A stretch of DNA of 64,000 bases from Bacteroidales bacterium UBA1402. GTDB lineage: Bacteria; Bacteroidota; Bacteroidia; Bacteroidales; UBA1402. Of this stretch, positions 37,245-47,157 are shown in pieces. Each line of letters starts with the position of its first letter. The first letter of the stretch is position 1. Where the stretch lies: positions 1,552 through 65,551 of the forward strand of contig DBQE01000018.1 of assembly GCA_002305085.1 (NCBI GenBank). The letters are read 5' to 3'. The translations under genes were made by a program, and so were the position numbers. The notes beneath the pieces are model-generated. The model did not search any database. It was not told the DNA's origin and saw only the letters and a program-made list of their open reading frames with translations.

Positions 37245-38309
37245 ATGAAAAAGTTATTGTTGATATTGACTCTGAGCCTCGCGCTGTTTAGTCTTGCCGC
37301 CAAACCGGTTAAGAACGTCATTTTTTTGATAGGCGATGGAATGGGCCTTAATCAGGTTTATGCTGCGGCTCTGGTTAAAGGAGCTCCTCTGTACATGATG
37401 CAGGACACCAAAACTGGTCTTATCCTGACTTATTCCTACGATAACGGTATTACCGATTCGGCTGCCGGCGGTACGGCTCTTGCAGCAGGAGTGAAAACCC
37501 GTAACTCTATGATAGGAATGGGGCCCGACAGTGTGAAGGTGGAATCCATTCTGCACCAGGCTGCCCGCAATGGCAAGTCAACCGGTGTCATGTCTACCTC
37601 CGCTATAACCCATGCTACCCCGGCTTCTTATGTGGCCAATCAGGTATCACGCGAAATGCAGGACGAAATTGCCCTGGATTTTGTAAAACAAGGCCCGGAT
37701 GTCTTTATCGGCGGAGGACGTAAGTATTTTGAAGAACGTGAAGACGGAGTTGATCTGACGGAACAACTCAAATCCAAGGGTTATGAAGTGGTGTACGATC
37801 TGGAACATGCCGAAGCTTCCGGCTCCGCCAAACTGGCGGCCTTCTTGGCCGATGATCATCTGCCCGATGTGATTTCGGGACGCGAATATTTGTTGCCCGA
37901 GGCTCTAAACATAGCCCTGGAGCGTTTGAGCCGGAACAAGAAGGGTTTCTTTTTGATGGTAGAGGGATCCAAGATTGATATGCGCTGCCATGTACACGAC
38001 ATTATGGGTAGCGTTGCCGAAACTCTGGAATTTGACGAGACGGTCAAAGTAGCCCTCGATTTCGCCCGCAAAAATAAAAACACGCTGGTTATTGTTACTG
38101 CCGATCATGAAACCGGTGGCTTGAGTGTTTTACAAAATGCACCTTACCGAAAAGGTGAAGAGCTGATAGTTCATTTCTCAACCGGCGGCCACTCCGGAGT
38201 CCCCGTACCTGTTTATTCCTATGGCCCCGGCTCGGACAATTTTACAGGCGTTTTGGAGAATACTTATTTTAAAGCTACCTTGGCTCGGCTGATGAAATTG
38301 AAACCGTAA
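37245..38309 (+). CDS. Alkaline phosphatase (PhoA superfamily, short form), secreted
   Basis: 354 aa. Signal peptide. LIGDGMG, nucleophile motif TDSAAGGTA, ADHETGG, GGHSG metal ligands. Confidence 0.85.
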   Translation: MKKLLLILTLSLALFSLAAKPVKNVIFLIGDGMGLNQVYAAALVKGAPLYMMQDTKTGLILTYSYDNGITDSAAGGTALAAGVKTRNSMIGMGPDSVKVESILHQAARNGKSTGVMSTSAITHATPASYVANQVSREMQDEIALDFVKQGPDVFIGGGRKYFEEREDGVDLTEQLKSKGYEVVYDLEHAEASGSAKLAAFLADDHLPDVISGREYLLPEALNIALERLSRNKKGFFLMVEGSKIDMRCHVHDIMGSVAETLEFDETVKVALDFARKNKNTLVIVTADHETGGLSVLQNAPYRKGEELIVHFSTGGHSGVPVPVYSYGPGSDNFTGVLENTYFKATLARLMKLKP

Positions 38310-38310
38310 A

Positions 38311-39003
38311 ATGAAAGCTTATGCATTAATAATGGCCGGTGGGGCGGGACAGCGTATGGCTGCAGAAATACCCAAGCAATTTTTACTGCTGCACGGACGG
38401 CCCATTTTGATGCATACACTCAGCGCCTTTTATCAGTACAGTCCTGCCGTAAAATTGGTGTTGGTCATTCCCCGGCAACAACAAGAGTTGTGGCAAAAAC
38501 TCTGCATACAATATTCTTTTGATTTGCCTCATCTTTTGGCCTATGGAGGAAAAGAACGATTTGATTCCGTTCGAAACGGCTTGCAAAAGATAGCCGGATC
38601 GGAAGGTTTCGATGCGGAAAATAGCCTTATTGCCGTTCACGATGCCGTCAGACCTTTGGTGGGGGTTCACCTTATCGAGACCTGTTATCAGACGGCTGAG
38701 CGTTACGGTTCGGCCATTCCTGTTACTCCTTTGGTAGACAGCCTTCGGCGCAGGGACGGCGAATGGAGCCTGGCCGAAAACCGACTGGATTTTTGTGCCG
38801 TGCAAACACCTCAAGTTTTCAATGCCAAAGCTCTTTTGGAGGCTTACAGGCAGCCGTACCACCCTTCTTTTACCGACGATGCTTCGGTAATGGAAGCTGC
38901 CGGCCACCGTATTCGCCTGGTGGAAGGTCATCGTAAAAACAGTAAGATAACGGTGCCCGAAGACCTGCTTCTGGCCGAATATTGGTTAAAGCAATTGAAG
39001 TGA
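38311..39003 (+). CDS. ispD: 2-C-methyl-D-erythritol 4-phosphate cytidylyltransferase
   Basis: 230 aa. LIMAGGAGQRM...PKQFL, VHDAVRP, VQTPQVF. Confidence 0.88.
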   Translation: MKAYALIMAGGAGQRMAAEIPKQFLLLHGRPILMHTLSAFYQYSPAVKLVLVIPRQQQELWQKLCIQYSFDLPHLLAYGGKERFDSVRNGLQKIAGSEGFDAENSLIAVHDAVRPLVGVHLIETCYQTAERYGSAIPVTPLVDSLRRRDGEWSLAENRLDFCAVQTPQVFNAKALLEAYRQPYHPSFTDDASVMEAAGHRIRLVEGHRKNSKITVPEDLLLAEYWLKQLK

Positions 39004-41096
39004 AGCTTTCGTCTCTGGAACTGACCTATCTGCGCGGAGTAGGTACTGCGCGGGCTGAGCTCCTGAAAAAGGAATTGCAGATTTTCAATCAGGAGCAGAT
39101 GCTGTATTATTTCCCGTATAAATACATCGATCGTAGCCGCATATACAAAATCTCGGAGTTAAACGCTAACATGCCCTATGTGCAGGTCAGTGGGCGTATT
39201 ATTTCGTTCAAAATTATAGGCGAAGGCAGGGCAAAACGTTTATCGGCCGGTTTCACCGACGGCAGCGGTTTGCTCGAATTGGTGTGGTTCAAGGGTTTGA
39301 AGTACACCCAGGACAGGTACAAACTCAATCAGGAATACTTAGTGTTTGGCAGGCCCTCGCAATACGGCACCCGGCTGTCGATTGCCCACCCGGACATAGA
39401 TCCGCTCAACGAGCAGAGCCTGGCTTTTACCCGGGGATTGCAGGCTTTTTACAACACAACGGAAAGGATGAAATCGAGTTTTATGAATTCTAAAGCGATT
39501 CAAAAGATTCAGATTTCCCTATTTCAAAGCCTCACAGCCCCCATTCCCGAAACCTTGCCCGGCTTTTTGCTCGAGAAACTGCGTTTAATGTCTCTGGACA
39601 AGTCTTTGCGCGAGGTGCATTTTCCCAGCGACAATAAGTCGCTCGAAAAAGCCAGGTACAGGCTGAAATTCGAGGAACTTTTTTATTTGCAGCTTCATAT
39701 TTTGCGTTATGCCCGCAAGAGAGACAAAAAGTTTAAGGGCTATCCTTTTACTCGTATCGGCGATTACTTCAATACTTTTTATCACAAGTATCTGCCTTTT
39801 GAGCTTACGGATGCGCAGAAAAGAGTGCTCAAGGAAATACGTATCAACGTGGGCGGGCAGTCGCAAATGAATCGTCTGCTACAGGGAGATGTGGGTAGTG
39901 GTAAAACCCTTGTTGCCCTGATGTCTATGCTGATGGCAGCCGACAATGGCTATCAGGCTTGCATGATGGCACCCACCGAAATTCTAGCCAATCAGCATTA
40001 CGCCACTTTGTGCGGGCTGCTTGGAGATATGCCCCTCAAAGTGGCCTTGCTGACAGGCTCCACCCGGAAAAAAGAACGCGAAATCCTGCATCGGGAATTA
40101 GTGAGTGGAGAAATTCATTTTCTGGTCGGTACTCATGCGTTGATAGAAGACACGGTGCAGTTTTCCAACTTAGGCCTGGTGATTATTGACGAACAACATC
40201 GTTTCGGCGTGGTTCAGCGATCGAAACTTTGGACTAAAAATACCATGCCGCCGCATGTGTTGGTAATGACGGCTACACCCATTCCCCGAACTTTGGCCAT
40301 GACGGTCTATGGAGACCTCGAAGTTTCGGTAATAGATGAATTGCCTCCGGGACGCAAACCCGTTCAAACCCTGCATCGTTACGACAACAAGTTGGCAGCT
40401 CTATATGCTTTTATGCGCAAGGAGTTGAAGGCGGGCAGACAAATCTACGTGGTCTATCCCCTGATCGAGGAGTCCGAAAAAATGGATTATAAAAACCTGC
40501 AAGACGGTTATCAGCATATTTGTGAAGCATTTCCCGGAATTAAAGTCGGCATGGTTCACGGAAAAATGAAATCAGCCGACAAAGACGAACAAATGCTTCG
40601 TTTTGTAAAAGGGGAGACCCGGATTTTGGTGGCCACTACGGTTATCGAAGTGGGAGTGGACGTGTCCAATGCTTCAATGATGCTCATACAGAATGCCGAA
40701 CGTTTCGGTTTGTCGCAATTGCACCAGTTGAGAGGCAGGGTGGGACGCGGGGCCGATCAGTCCTATTGTGTGTTGTTGACTTCATACAAGCTCTCTGACG
40801 AGGGGCGTAAACGCATAGAGATTATGGTTTCGAGCAACGACGGTTTCGAGATAGCCGAAGCTGACCTGAAAATGCGTGGGCCGGGCGACTTGGAAGGCTT
40901 ACAGCAAAGTGGGGTTCCCTTCGACCTGAAAATTGCCGATCTGGGCAAAGATGTCCAGATATTGGAATATGCCCGCCAAATCGCCGGGGAATGCCTCGAG
41001 AAAGATCCGGACTTATCTTTGCCCGAAAATGCTTTGATGGCCGAGGAATTAAAAAAACGCTACGGCAAGAAAATAAATTGGGGAGCTATCAGTTAG
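38982..41096 (+). CDS. recG: ATP-dependent DNA helicase RecG (start uncertain: TTG 38982 or GTG 39000)
   Basis: 704 aa. Wedge/OB N-domain, helicase motifs GDVGSGKT, DEQHRFG, TATPIPRT, QLHQLRGRVGRG. Confidence 0.9.
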   Translation: MVKAIEVKLSSLELTYLRGVGTARAELLKKELQIFNQEQMLYYFPYKYIDRSRIYKISELNANMPYVQVSGRIISFKIIGEGRAKRLSAGFTDGSGLLELVWFKGLKYTQDRYKLNQEYLVFGRPSQYGTRLSIAHPDIDPLNEQSLAFTRGLQAFYNTTERMKSSFMNSKAIQKIQISLFQSLTAPIPETLPGFLLEKLRLMSLDKSLREVHFPSDNKSLEKARYRLKFEELFYLQLHILRYARKRDKKFKGYPFTRIGDYFNTFYHKYLPFELTDAQKRVLKEIRINVGGQSQMNRLLQGDVGSGKTLVALMSMLMAADNGYQACMMAPTEILANQHYATLCGLLGDMPLKVALLTGSTRKKEREILHRELVSGEIHFLVGTHALIEDTVQFSNLGLVIIDEQHRFGVVQRSKLWTKNTMPPHVLVMTATPIPRTLAMTVYGDLEVSVIDELPPGRKPVQTLHRYDNKLAALYAFMRKELKAGRQIYVVYPLIEESEKMDYKNLQDGYQHICEAFPGIKVGMVHGKMKSADKDEQMLRFVKGETRILVATTVIEVGVDVSNASMMLIQNAERFGLSQLHQLRGRVGRGADQSYCVLLTSYKLSDEGRKRIEIMVSSNDGFEIAEADLKMRGPGDLEGLQQSGVPFDLKIADLGKDVQILEYARQIAGECLEKDPDLSLPENALMAEELKKRYGKKINWGAIS

Positions 41097-41103
41097 TAAT
41101 GAA

Positions 41104-42288
41104 GTGAAGTTATCGGTAATCATAGTAAACTACAACGTTAGGTATTTTTTGGAACAATGCCTGCATTCTTTGTATAGAGCAATAAAAAACACAGAAACAG
41201 AAGTTTTTGTTGTTGATAACTGCTCCACGGACGATTCGCTGGAAATGCTCCGGCAATCGTATCCCGAAGTAAAGTTGATTGCCAACAGCGAAAACCTGGG
41301 TTTTGCCAAAGCCAATAATCTGGCTATCGAAGCCTCCGAATCCGACTATGTACTTTTGCTAAATCCCGATACCTTGGTGCAGGAAGAGGCCATTCGCAAT
41401 ATGCTGTCCTTTATGGATGCACATCCGGAGGCCGGCGCTCTGGGAGTTAAGATGATTGACGGACGGGGCCGTTTTTTGCCGGAATCCAAAAGAGGCTTAC
41501 CAACGCCGGCGGTTTCTTTTTATAAGATTTCCGGTTTGTCTGCGATGTTTCCCCGTTCTCGGCGCTTTGGACGTTATCATCTGGGTTGGCTGGATAAAGA
41601 TAAAATTCATTCGGTCGAGATTTTAGCCGGCGCCTGCATGTTAGTCCGTAGAGAGGCAATTATTAAAGCCGGTTTGCTGGACGAAGATTTTTTTATGTAC
41701 GGCGAAGACATCGATTGGTCCTATCGCATTTTGAAAGCCGGCTACCGGAATTATTATTTCCCTCCCGGCCGCATACTTCATTACAAGGGCGAAAGCACCA
41801 AAAAGGGAAGTCTGAATTATGTATATGTTTTTTACAATGCGATGGCTATTTTTGCCAAAAAACATTTTTTGGGTAAAAACTTTTTTTACGCCCTGCTCAT
41901 CAATCTTGCCATTTGGTTGAGCGGAGCCTTTTCTTTTTTCTCCGGCCTATTGCGAAAATGTCTTTACATGATTAAAAAAATCGCTACTTCGACTCAGCAG
42001 GCTTCTGTTCTTGTTTGGGGCAGTGCCCCCGAATTCGAGAGAGTGCGAGATTTGTACAGCACCGTGTCCACCGGATCCCTGAATTTTATTCGGGCTTCCG
42101 ACGAAGAGCAAGTGGATGAGACCTTGAAAGACAAGGGCATTAGGGAACTGGTTTTTTGTACTGCAGAGCTGGAATATTCCTCCGTGTTTGATTGTATGGA
42201 AAAATATGCCGGACGGGGTCTGGTTTTTAAAATGGCACCGCCTATCGGGCAGGTCATAATAGGCAGTCATACGGTTTTAAAGCCTTAA
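41104..42288 (+). CDS. Family-2 glycosyltransferase
   Basis: 394 aa, GTG start. LSVIIVNYN, VVDNCSTD, LNPDT, MYGEDIDWSYR. Confidence 0.8.
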   Translation: MKLSVIIVNYNVRYFLEQCLHSLYRAIKNTETEVFVVDNCSTDDSLEMLRQSYPEVKLIANSENLGFAKANNLAIEASESDYVLLLNPDTLVQEEAIRNMLSFMDAHPEAGALGVKMIDGRGRFLPESKRGLPTPAVSFYKISGLSAMFPRSRRFGRYHLGWLDKDKIHSVEILAGACMLVRREAIIKAGLLDEDFFMYGEDIDWSYRILKAGYRNYYFPPGRILHYKGESTKKGSLNYVYVFYNAMAIFAKKHFLGKNFFYALLINLAIWLSGAFSFFSGLLRKCLYMIKKIATSTQQASVLVWGSAPEFERVRDLYSTVSTGSLNFIRASDEEQVDETLKDKGIRELVFCTAELEYSSVFDCMEKYAGRGLVFKMAPPIGQVIIGSHTVLKP

Positions 42289-42350
42289 TTTTTTTACAAG
42301 TCTTTTATTCAGACCGGCCCGAAAAGTTGGTTTTTATTTCTAAAAATCAG

Positions 42351-42358
42351 TAATTTTG
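42351..42358 (+). promoter_or_regulatory. Bacteroidota -7 box (TAATTTTG) for the DUF1599 - BT_3928-like - tpiA - GNAT block
   Basis: Exact TAnnTTTG match 26 nt upstream of ATG 42384. Confidence 0.45.
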
Positions 42359-42383
42359 TGACTCATCCGAAATACCTCACTTT

Positions 42384-42926
42384 ATGAGTAAAACCAATGA
42401 ACAATTCGATGCCGTAACCGCTAAATGTCGCAGTATTTTCTCAAAAAAGCTGCACGATTACGGAGCCGCATGGCGCATTTTGCGCATACCTTCCGTTACC
42501 GATCAACTTTTTATCAAAGCCAATCGCATTCGTAATATCGAAATCAAAGGCGAGAGCAAAATACAGGATAATATTGCCGACGAATTCATGGGTATTATAA
42601 ATTACGCCATTGTCGGCCTTATTCAGTTGCAAAGAGGTTCTTCGGAAAAGGTAGATATCACTCCGGAAGAAGCGCTGGCTCTGTACGACGAAAAAATGGA
42701 AATGGCCAGGCAATTGATGCTCAATAAAAATTTTGATTACGAAGAAGCCTGGAGAGGTATGCGGATTAGTTCATATACCGACCTGATCCTAATGAAAATA
42801 AACAGGGTAAAGCAAATTGAGGATTTAGGCGGCCAGACCATCGCTTCCGAAGGGATCGACTCCAATTACCTTGATATGTTGAATTACGCCGCCTTTGGTT
42901 TGATTCGTCTCGGTTACGATAAATAA
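42384..42926 (+). CDS. DUF1599-like protein (internally duplicated helical domain)
   Basis: 180 aa. Two homologous halves (KKLHDYGAAWRILRIPSVTDQLFIKANRIRNIE and NKNFDYEEAWRGMRISSYTDLILMKINRVKQIE). The family name is from memory. Confidence 0.55.
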   Translation: MSKTNEQFDAVTAKCRSIFSKKLHDYGAAWRILRIPSVTDQLFIKANRIRNIEIKGESKIQDNIADEFMGIINYAIVGLIQLQRGSSEKVDITPEEALALYDEKMEMARQLMLNKNFDYEEAWRGMRISSYTDLILMKINRVKQIEDLGGQTIASEGIDSNYLDMLNYAAFGLIRLGYDK

Positions 42927-42929
42927 AAT

Positions 42930-44219
42930 ATGAAGAAGGGACACAAAATTCTGGCTTTAGTCTCAAGGTTGATTTTAGGAATAACTTTTGTGTTTTCCGG
43001 CTTTGTCAAAGCAGTGGATCCCTTGGGTAGCACCTATAAAATTCAGGATTATCTGCAGGCTTTTGGTTTGGGTTTCTTTGATCAATATGCCCTGTTTTTC
43101 TCCTTTGTGCTTTTCTGCCTTGAATTTGTGCTGGGTATGGCCTTGTTGTTGGGGACAGCACAAAGATTTTTTGCCTGGTTGGCCCTGGTGTTTATGTCGC
43201 TGATGACTTTGCTCACCTTGGTGATCGCATTGGGAAATCCGGTGAGCGATTGCGGTTGTTTCGGAGATGCCTTACAGCTGAGCAACTGGCAAACCTTTGG
43301 AAAAAATATTATCCTTCTTCTGTTGTCCCTTATTTTAATCAGCTTCAAAGAGCCCCTATATAAAGTGTTTGGGAAAAAGACCCAAAAATGGGCCTGTTTG
43401 GTTTGTCTGCTGATGGTGCTTCTGGTTGCTATCCATTCTTTGCGTCATTTGCCTATGTTGGATTTTCGTCCCTATAAAACAGGGAATTCCATTCCTGAGT
43501 TGATGCAGATTCCCCCGGGAGCTCCTCAAGATTCGGTGGTGATGGAATACATTTACGAAAAAGACGGGGTTTATCAATCTTTCGGTTTGGAGAATTATCC
43601 GGCCGGAGATACCACCTGGCATTTTGTAGATCGCAAAGAGAGAATCGTTCGCAAAGGCTATGAGCCTCCCATTCACGATTTTGTATTACTTCATCCGGTT
43701 TACGGAGATATTACCGAGACGGTACTGAGCGATAGTTCCTACACTTTTTTTTGGATTTCCTATAAATTGGAAAAGGCAAATAGGTCGGCTGTTCAGGATT
43801 TCCTGCAAATACAGCGTTATGCGGCAGACAGGGGTTATTCCTTTTACGGTTTGACAGCTTCCGGGCAGGACATCGTCGACGAATGGATTTATGAGTACGA
43901 TATTCCCTTCGATTTTTGCACTGTGGATGAGATTACGCTTAAAACCATGATTCGTTCGAATCCGGGGCTTATGCTGATCAGCAACGGGCAGATCCTGCAC
44001 AAATGGGCCTGGAGAGATTTGTCAACACTTATTAAAGATCTTGATTTTCCCCTGGAGGACACCTCCTGGTCTAAAGCCGCCTCCAACAAGGGTCTGGTGG
44101 TAGCAGCTCAATTCTTTGCCCTAGTAGTCATCGCCTTGTGTTTTTTATACCTGTTCAGGCTGGCATCCCTGTTGTGGGAATACAAAAAGAAGAAAAAGCA
44201 AATACATCAAAACAAGTAG
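42930..44219 (+). CDS. BT_3928-like membrane protein (DoxX/MauE-type N-terminal TM domain plus thioredoxin-fold-like C-domain)
   Basis: 429 aa. 4-5 N-terminal TM helices with DCGCFGD motif, soluble C-domain, terminal TM helix. Confidence 0.55.
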   Translation: MKKGHKILALVSRLILGITFVFSGFVKAVDPLGSTYKIQDYLQAFGLGFFDQYALFFSFVLFCLEFVLGMALLLGTAQRFFAWLALVFMSLMTLLTLVIALGNPVSDCGCFGDALQLSNWQTFGKNIILLLLSLILISFKEPLYKVFGKKTQKWACLVCLLMVLLVAIHSLRHLPMLDFRPYKTGNSIPELMQIPPGAPQDSVVMEYIYEKDGVYQSFGLENYPAGDTTWHFVDRKERIVRKGYEPPIHDFVLLHPVYGDITETVLSDSSYTFFWISYKLEKANRSAVQDFLQIQRYAADRGYSFYGLTASGQDIVDEWIYEYDIPFDFCTVDEITLKTMIRSNPGLMLISNGQILHKWAWRDLSTLIKDLDFPLEDTSWSKAASNKGLVVAAQFFALVVIALCFLYLFRLASLLWEYKKKKKQIHQNK

Positions 44220-44246
44220 TTATATTATCAATTTTAAACCCAACGT

Positions 44247-45002
44247 ATGAGAAAGAAAATTGTCGCAGGAAACTGGAAAATGAACAAGAACCTGCAAGAA
44301 GGTATTCAACTGGCAGTTGCCCTGAACGAAGTTTTATCCAAGGAAAATAATTCCTGCAGGGTGATTATAGGCACACCATTTATACATCTGGCTTCCGTAA
44401 GTGAACGAATAGACAAGAAAAAACTGGGCCTTGCCGCACAGAATTGCGCAGATCATGTTAGTGGAGCCTATACCGGTGAAGTCTCGGCCGAGATGGTCAA
44501 ATCTACCGGAGCAGAATATGTTATTTTAGGTCATTCCGAACGCAGAACCTATTACGGTGAAACTCCGGAAATGCTCAAAACTAAAGTTCGTCTTGCACTG
44601 GACCAGCAGCTGCAGCCTATTTTCTGTATCGGAGAGGTGTTGAGTGAGCGTGAAGCCGGCAAGCAATTTGAGGTGGTTCGCTCACAGATTGAAGCTTCTT
44701 TGTTCGATTTGTCCGAGGCTGATTTCTCCAAAATAATTCTGGCTTACGAGCCCGTTTGGGCCATCGGAACCGGCAAAACAGCCACCGCTGCACAAGCCCA
44801 GGAAATGCATGCCTTTATTCGTGGTCTTATTGCCGGCAAATACGGCAAGAAGGCGGCCGACGACTGCTCCATTTTGTACGGTGGTAGTTGCAAGGCCTCC
44901 AATGCCGCTGAATTGTTTGCCAACCCCGACGTTGACGGAGGTCTGATAGGAGGCGCTTCGCTGACCGTGGAAGATTTTATGGGGATTGTTCGTGCCCGCT
45001 AA
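44247..45002 (+). CDS. tpiA: Triosephosphate isomerase
   Basis: 251 aa. [31 protein letters not shown]. Confidence 0.93.
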   Translation: MRKKIVAGNWKMNKNLQEGIQLAVALNEVLSKENNSCRVIIGTPFIHLASVSERIDKKKLGLAAQNCADHVSGAYTGEVSAEMVKSTGAEYVILGHSERRTYYGETPEMLKTKVRLALDQQLQPIFCIGEVLSEREAGKQFEVVRSQIEASLFDLSEADFSKIILAYEPVWAIGTGKTATAAQAQEMHAFIRGLIAGKYGKKAADDCSILYGGSCKASNAAELFANPDVDGGLIGGASLTVEDFMGIVRAR

Positions 45003-45016
45003 AACAACAATCGAAG

Positions 45017-45511
45017 ATGTTTAAGCTCCGGAAGGCAGATGCTCAGGATGCTCCGTTGATTAACCGTCTGGCAAAAGAAGTTTTTCCCCTCACGTACAAG
45101 GAAATTCTCTCGCCGGAGCAGAACGAGTTTATGTTTGAATGGATGTACGCGGTGGACAATATTCATCGACAGATGCACGAGGGCCATTGTTACTTTCTTC
45201 TGGAAGACGAGGGCCAGGCTTGCGGGTATATGTCCATTCAACAAGAAGAAGAGCTGTTTCACCTTCATAAGATATATGTACTGCCTGTATGCCAAAAGAC
45301 CGGAGCCGGACGCTTTTTATTTGAGCAAGCCTTGGCATACATAAAAAGCATACACCCCTCTCCTTGTCGTTTGGAATTGCGTGTCAACCGCAAAAATCCG
45401 GCCGTGGATTTCTATAAAAAGATGGGCATGAGGGTGTTACGTTCCGACGATTTTGATATTGGCCGGGGTTATTTTATGAACGATTACATCATGGGCATAG
45501 ATTTGTGCTAA
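45017..45511 (+). CDS. GNAT-family N-acetyltransferase
   Basis: 164 aa. Acetyl-CoA pocket-like VLPVCQKTGAGRFLFEQA and NPAVDFYKKMGM. Confidence 0.75.
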   Translation: MFKLRKADAQDAPLINRLAKEVFPLTYKEILSPEQNEFMFEWMYAVDNIHRQMHEGHCYFLLEDEGQACGYMSIQQEEELFHLHKIYVLPVCQKTGAGRFLFEQALAYIKSIHPSPCRLELRVNRKNPAVDFYKKMGMRVLRSDDFDIGRGYFMNDYIMGIDLC

Positions 45512-45521
45512 TTACCCATAT

Positions 45522-45557
45522 AAAAAAGGCTGAACAACAATCTGTTCAGCCTTTTTT
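45522..45557. terminator. Bidirectional rho-independent terminator between convergent GNAT and exbD genes
   Basis: A6-GGCTGAACA-loop(ACAATC)-TGTTCAGCC-T6. A perfect 9-bp GC-containing stem flanked by A and T tracts. Confidence 0.8.
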
Positions 45558-45579
45558 CAGTTCGATTACTCTCCCTATT

Positions 45580-46062
45580 TTAATGTTCGATTTGCTTTCC
45601 CTCCTTACCGGTGGCAGCATAACTGATTTTAAGAGCGTAGGCCTTTCTTAGGGCCTGTTTGACATCGTTTACTATACCCATATTGGTATCCTTGTCAATT
45701 TTAAGGGACACGGTCATATAGGGTTGGTCTTCTTCTCTCATATTGCCTTTTTCCTGGGCAATATAATCCTGGATATCTGAAACTTCGGCGTACTTGTCGT
45801 TAAGCTGAATACGAGATTCCGAACCCATACGGGCACGGTTGCTTATCGTAGGCGGGCCGATGTAAATATAGGTTACCAGGGATTTCTTTTCCAGTTTTGT
45901 GAGTTCGGTAGCCTCAGGAAGTTGAAATTGAACTTTATATTCCACCTCCTTCATCGTTGTTACTGTCATAAAGAAGAAAAGTAACATAAAGATAACGTCC
46001 GACATCGAAGAAGCATTAATCTCCTGGGAACCACCTTTGCTGGATTTCTTAAACTTTGCCAT
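45580..46062 (-). CDS. exbD: Biopolymer transport protein ExbD/TolR
   Basis: 160 aa. N-terminal INASSMSDVIFMLLFFFM TM motif typical of ExbD. Confidence 0.8.
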   Translation of the reverse strand: MAKFKKSSKGGSQEINASSMSDVIFMLLFFFMTVTTMKEVEYKVQFQLPEATELTKLEKKSLVTYIYIGPPTISNRARMGSESRIQLNDKYAEVSDIQDYIAQEKGNMREEDQPYMTVSLKIDKDTNMGIVNDVKQALRKAYALKISYAATGKEGKQIEH

Positions 46063-46067
46063 GATCG

Positions 46068-46637
46068 TTATTTATATTCTTTAGGTTCTGCTTCGGAAAT
46101 CTTTTGAGGATAATATTCAGCAACTGCTTTTTGGCGATCTTCGTCCAATTCTGCAAAAGGTTTCCCAAAAGTTCTGAGCGAAAGTTCGTTTCTCAATTCG
46201 TTATAGGCTGCAATCAATTCGTTTTGCACTTCGATGTATTTGGAATATTTGGTGCTACGGTCGTTTTGCAGTGAAATGACATGTGGTTTGGTTATTTCTA
46301 CCTGGCCAAAAAAATCAATTGTGACGGGAACTTTTTTGGGAAGATGAATATCGTTGTAGGGGTTTTCGATAAATTCCTTTGCGATATCCCTGAGCTCCCA
46401 TAGCTCAATTTCTCTTTTCTGACACATTATTTTGTTCTCCTGACTTACCAAAACCACCAGGGTATTGCGTTCTTCAACCTTTTGCTCTACATCGCTGTCC
46501 ACGGGCGGAGGAAGACGCGTCGAAAGTCCCTTGTCACCTGCCATACTTGTGGTAACCAAAAAGAAAATCAGCAACAGGAAAGCAATGTCGGCCGTTGAAC
46601 TGGTATTCGGTTGAGGTACCTCTCTTTTATTAGCCAT
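46068..46637 (-). CDS. exbD: Biopolymer transport protein ExbD/TolR (second paralog)
   Basis: 189 aa. PNTSSTADIAFLLLIFFLVTT TM motif. Confidence 0.8.
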   Translation of the reverse strand: MANKREVPQPNTSSTADIAFLLLIFFLVTTSMAGDKGLSTRLPPPVDSDVEQKVEERNTLVVLVSQENKIMCQKREIELWELRDIAKEFIENPYNDIHLPKKVPVTIDFFGQVEITKPHVISLQNDRSTKYSKYIEVQNELIAAYNELRNELSLRTFGKPFAELDEDRQKAVAEYYPQKISEAEPKEYK

Positions 46638-46662
46638 AATAAAACCATTAAATCAAATCGGG

Positions 46663-47130
46663 TTATTTTTTCATTTTAAATAAACCACCAAATAGCATTA
46701 GAAGGATGGCAACTGAGGCGACAATGGCAATGGTGTCAATAAACATGGTTACCACAGAAAGCCATACACCCCGATTGTGTACTCCTTCGTAGCCCGTGAT
46801 TTCCAAAGGTTGAGAGCTGTCGCTCATAACGAAAGTTACGACGAAAACAGCGGCCAGCAGTAAAACTGATCCCAACGATAGCAAAGCTTTTTTCGGATCG
46901 GTAAATAAATTTTTACCAAACTGAGCAATACTGAAGCCTATAGTGATTAGTATAGTTATACCTATCATAATTCCAATCCAATACAACAACGTATCTAGTA
47001 ATACAGGTTCCTTGTATTCGGCTTCCGGATCTACAACCCCTCCGGCAAAGATCAATATAGTCGCAACCACAGAGATCAACATCAATATCCACAGGGTTAG
47101 TTTTGGAAGTATATTTATAAATTTAGACAT
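46663..47130 (-). CDS. Four-TM small membrane protein of unknown function embedded in the exbB-exbD cluster
   Basis: 155 aa with four hydrophobic helices. No recognisable catalytic motif. Confidence 0.5.
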   Translation of the reverse strand: MSKFINILPKLTLWILMLISVVATILIFAGGVVDPEAEYKEPVLLDTLLYWIGIMIGITILITIGFSIAQFGKNLFTDPKKALLSLGSVLLLAAVFVVTFVMSDSSQPLEITGYEGVHNRGVWLSVVTMFIDTIAIVASVAILLMLFGGLFKMKK

Positions 47131-47157
47131 AGCAATATGAAATAAGGGGATTGATTC

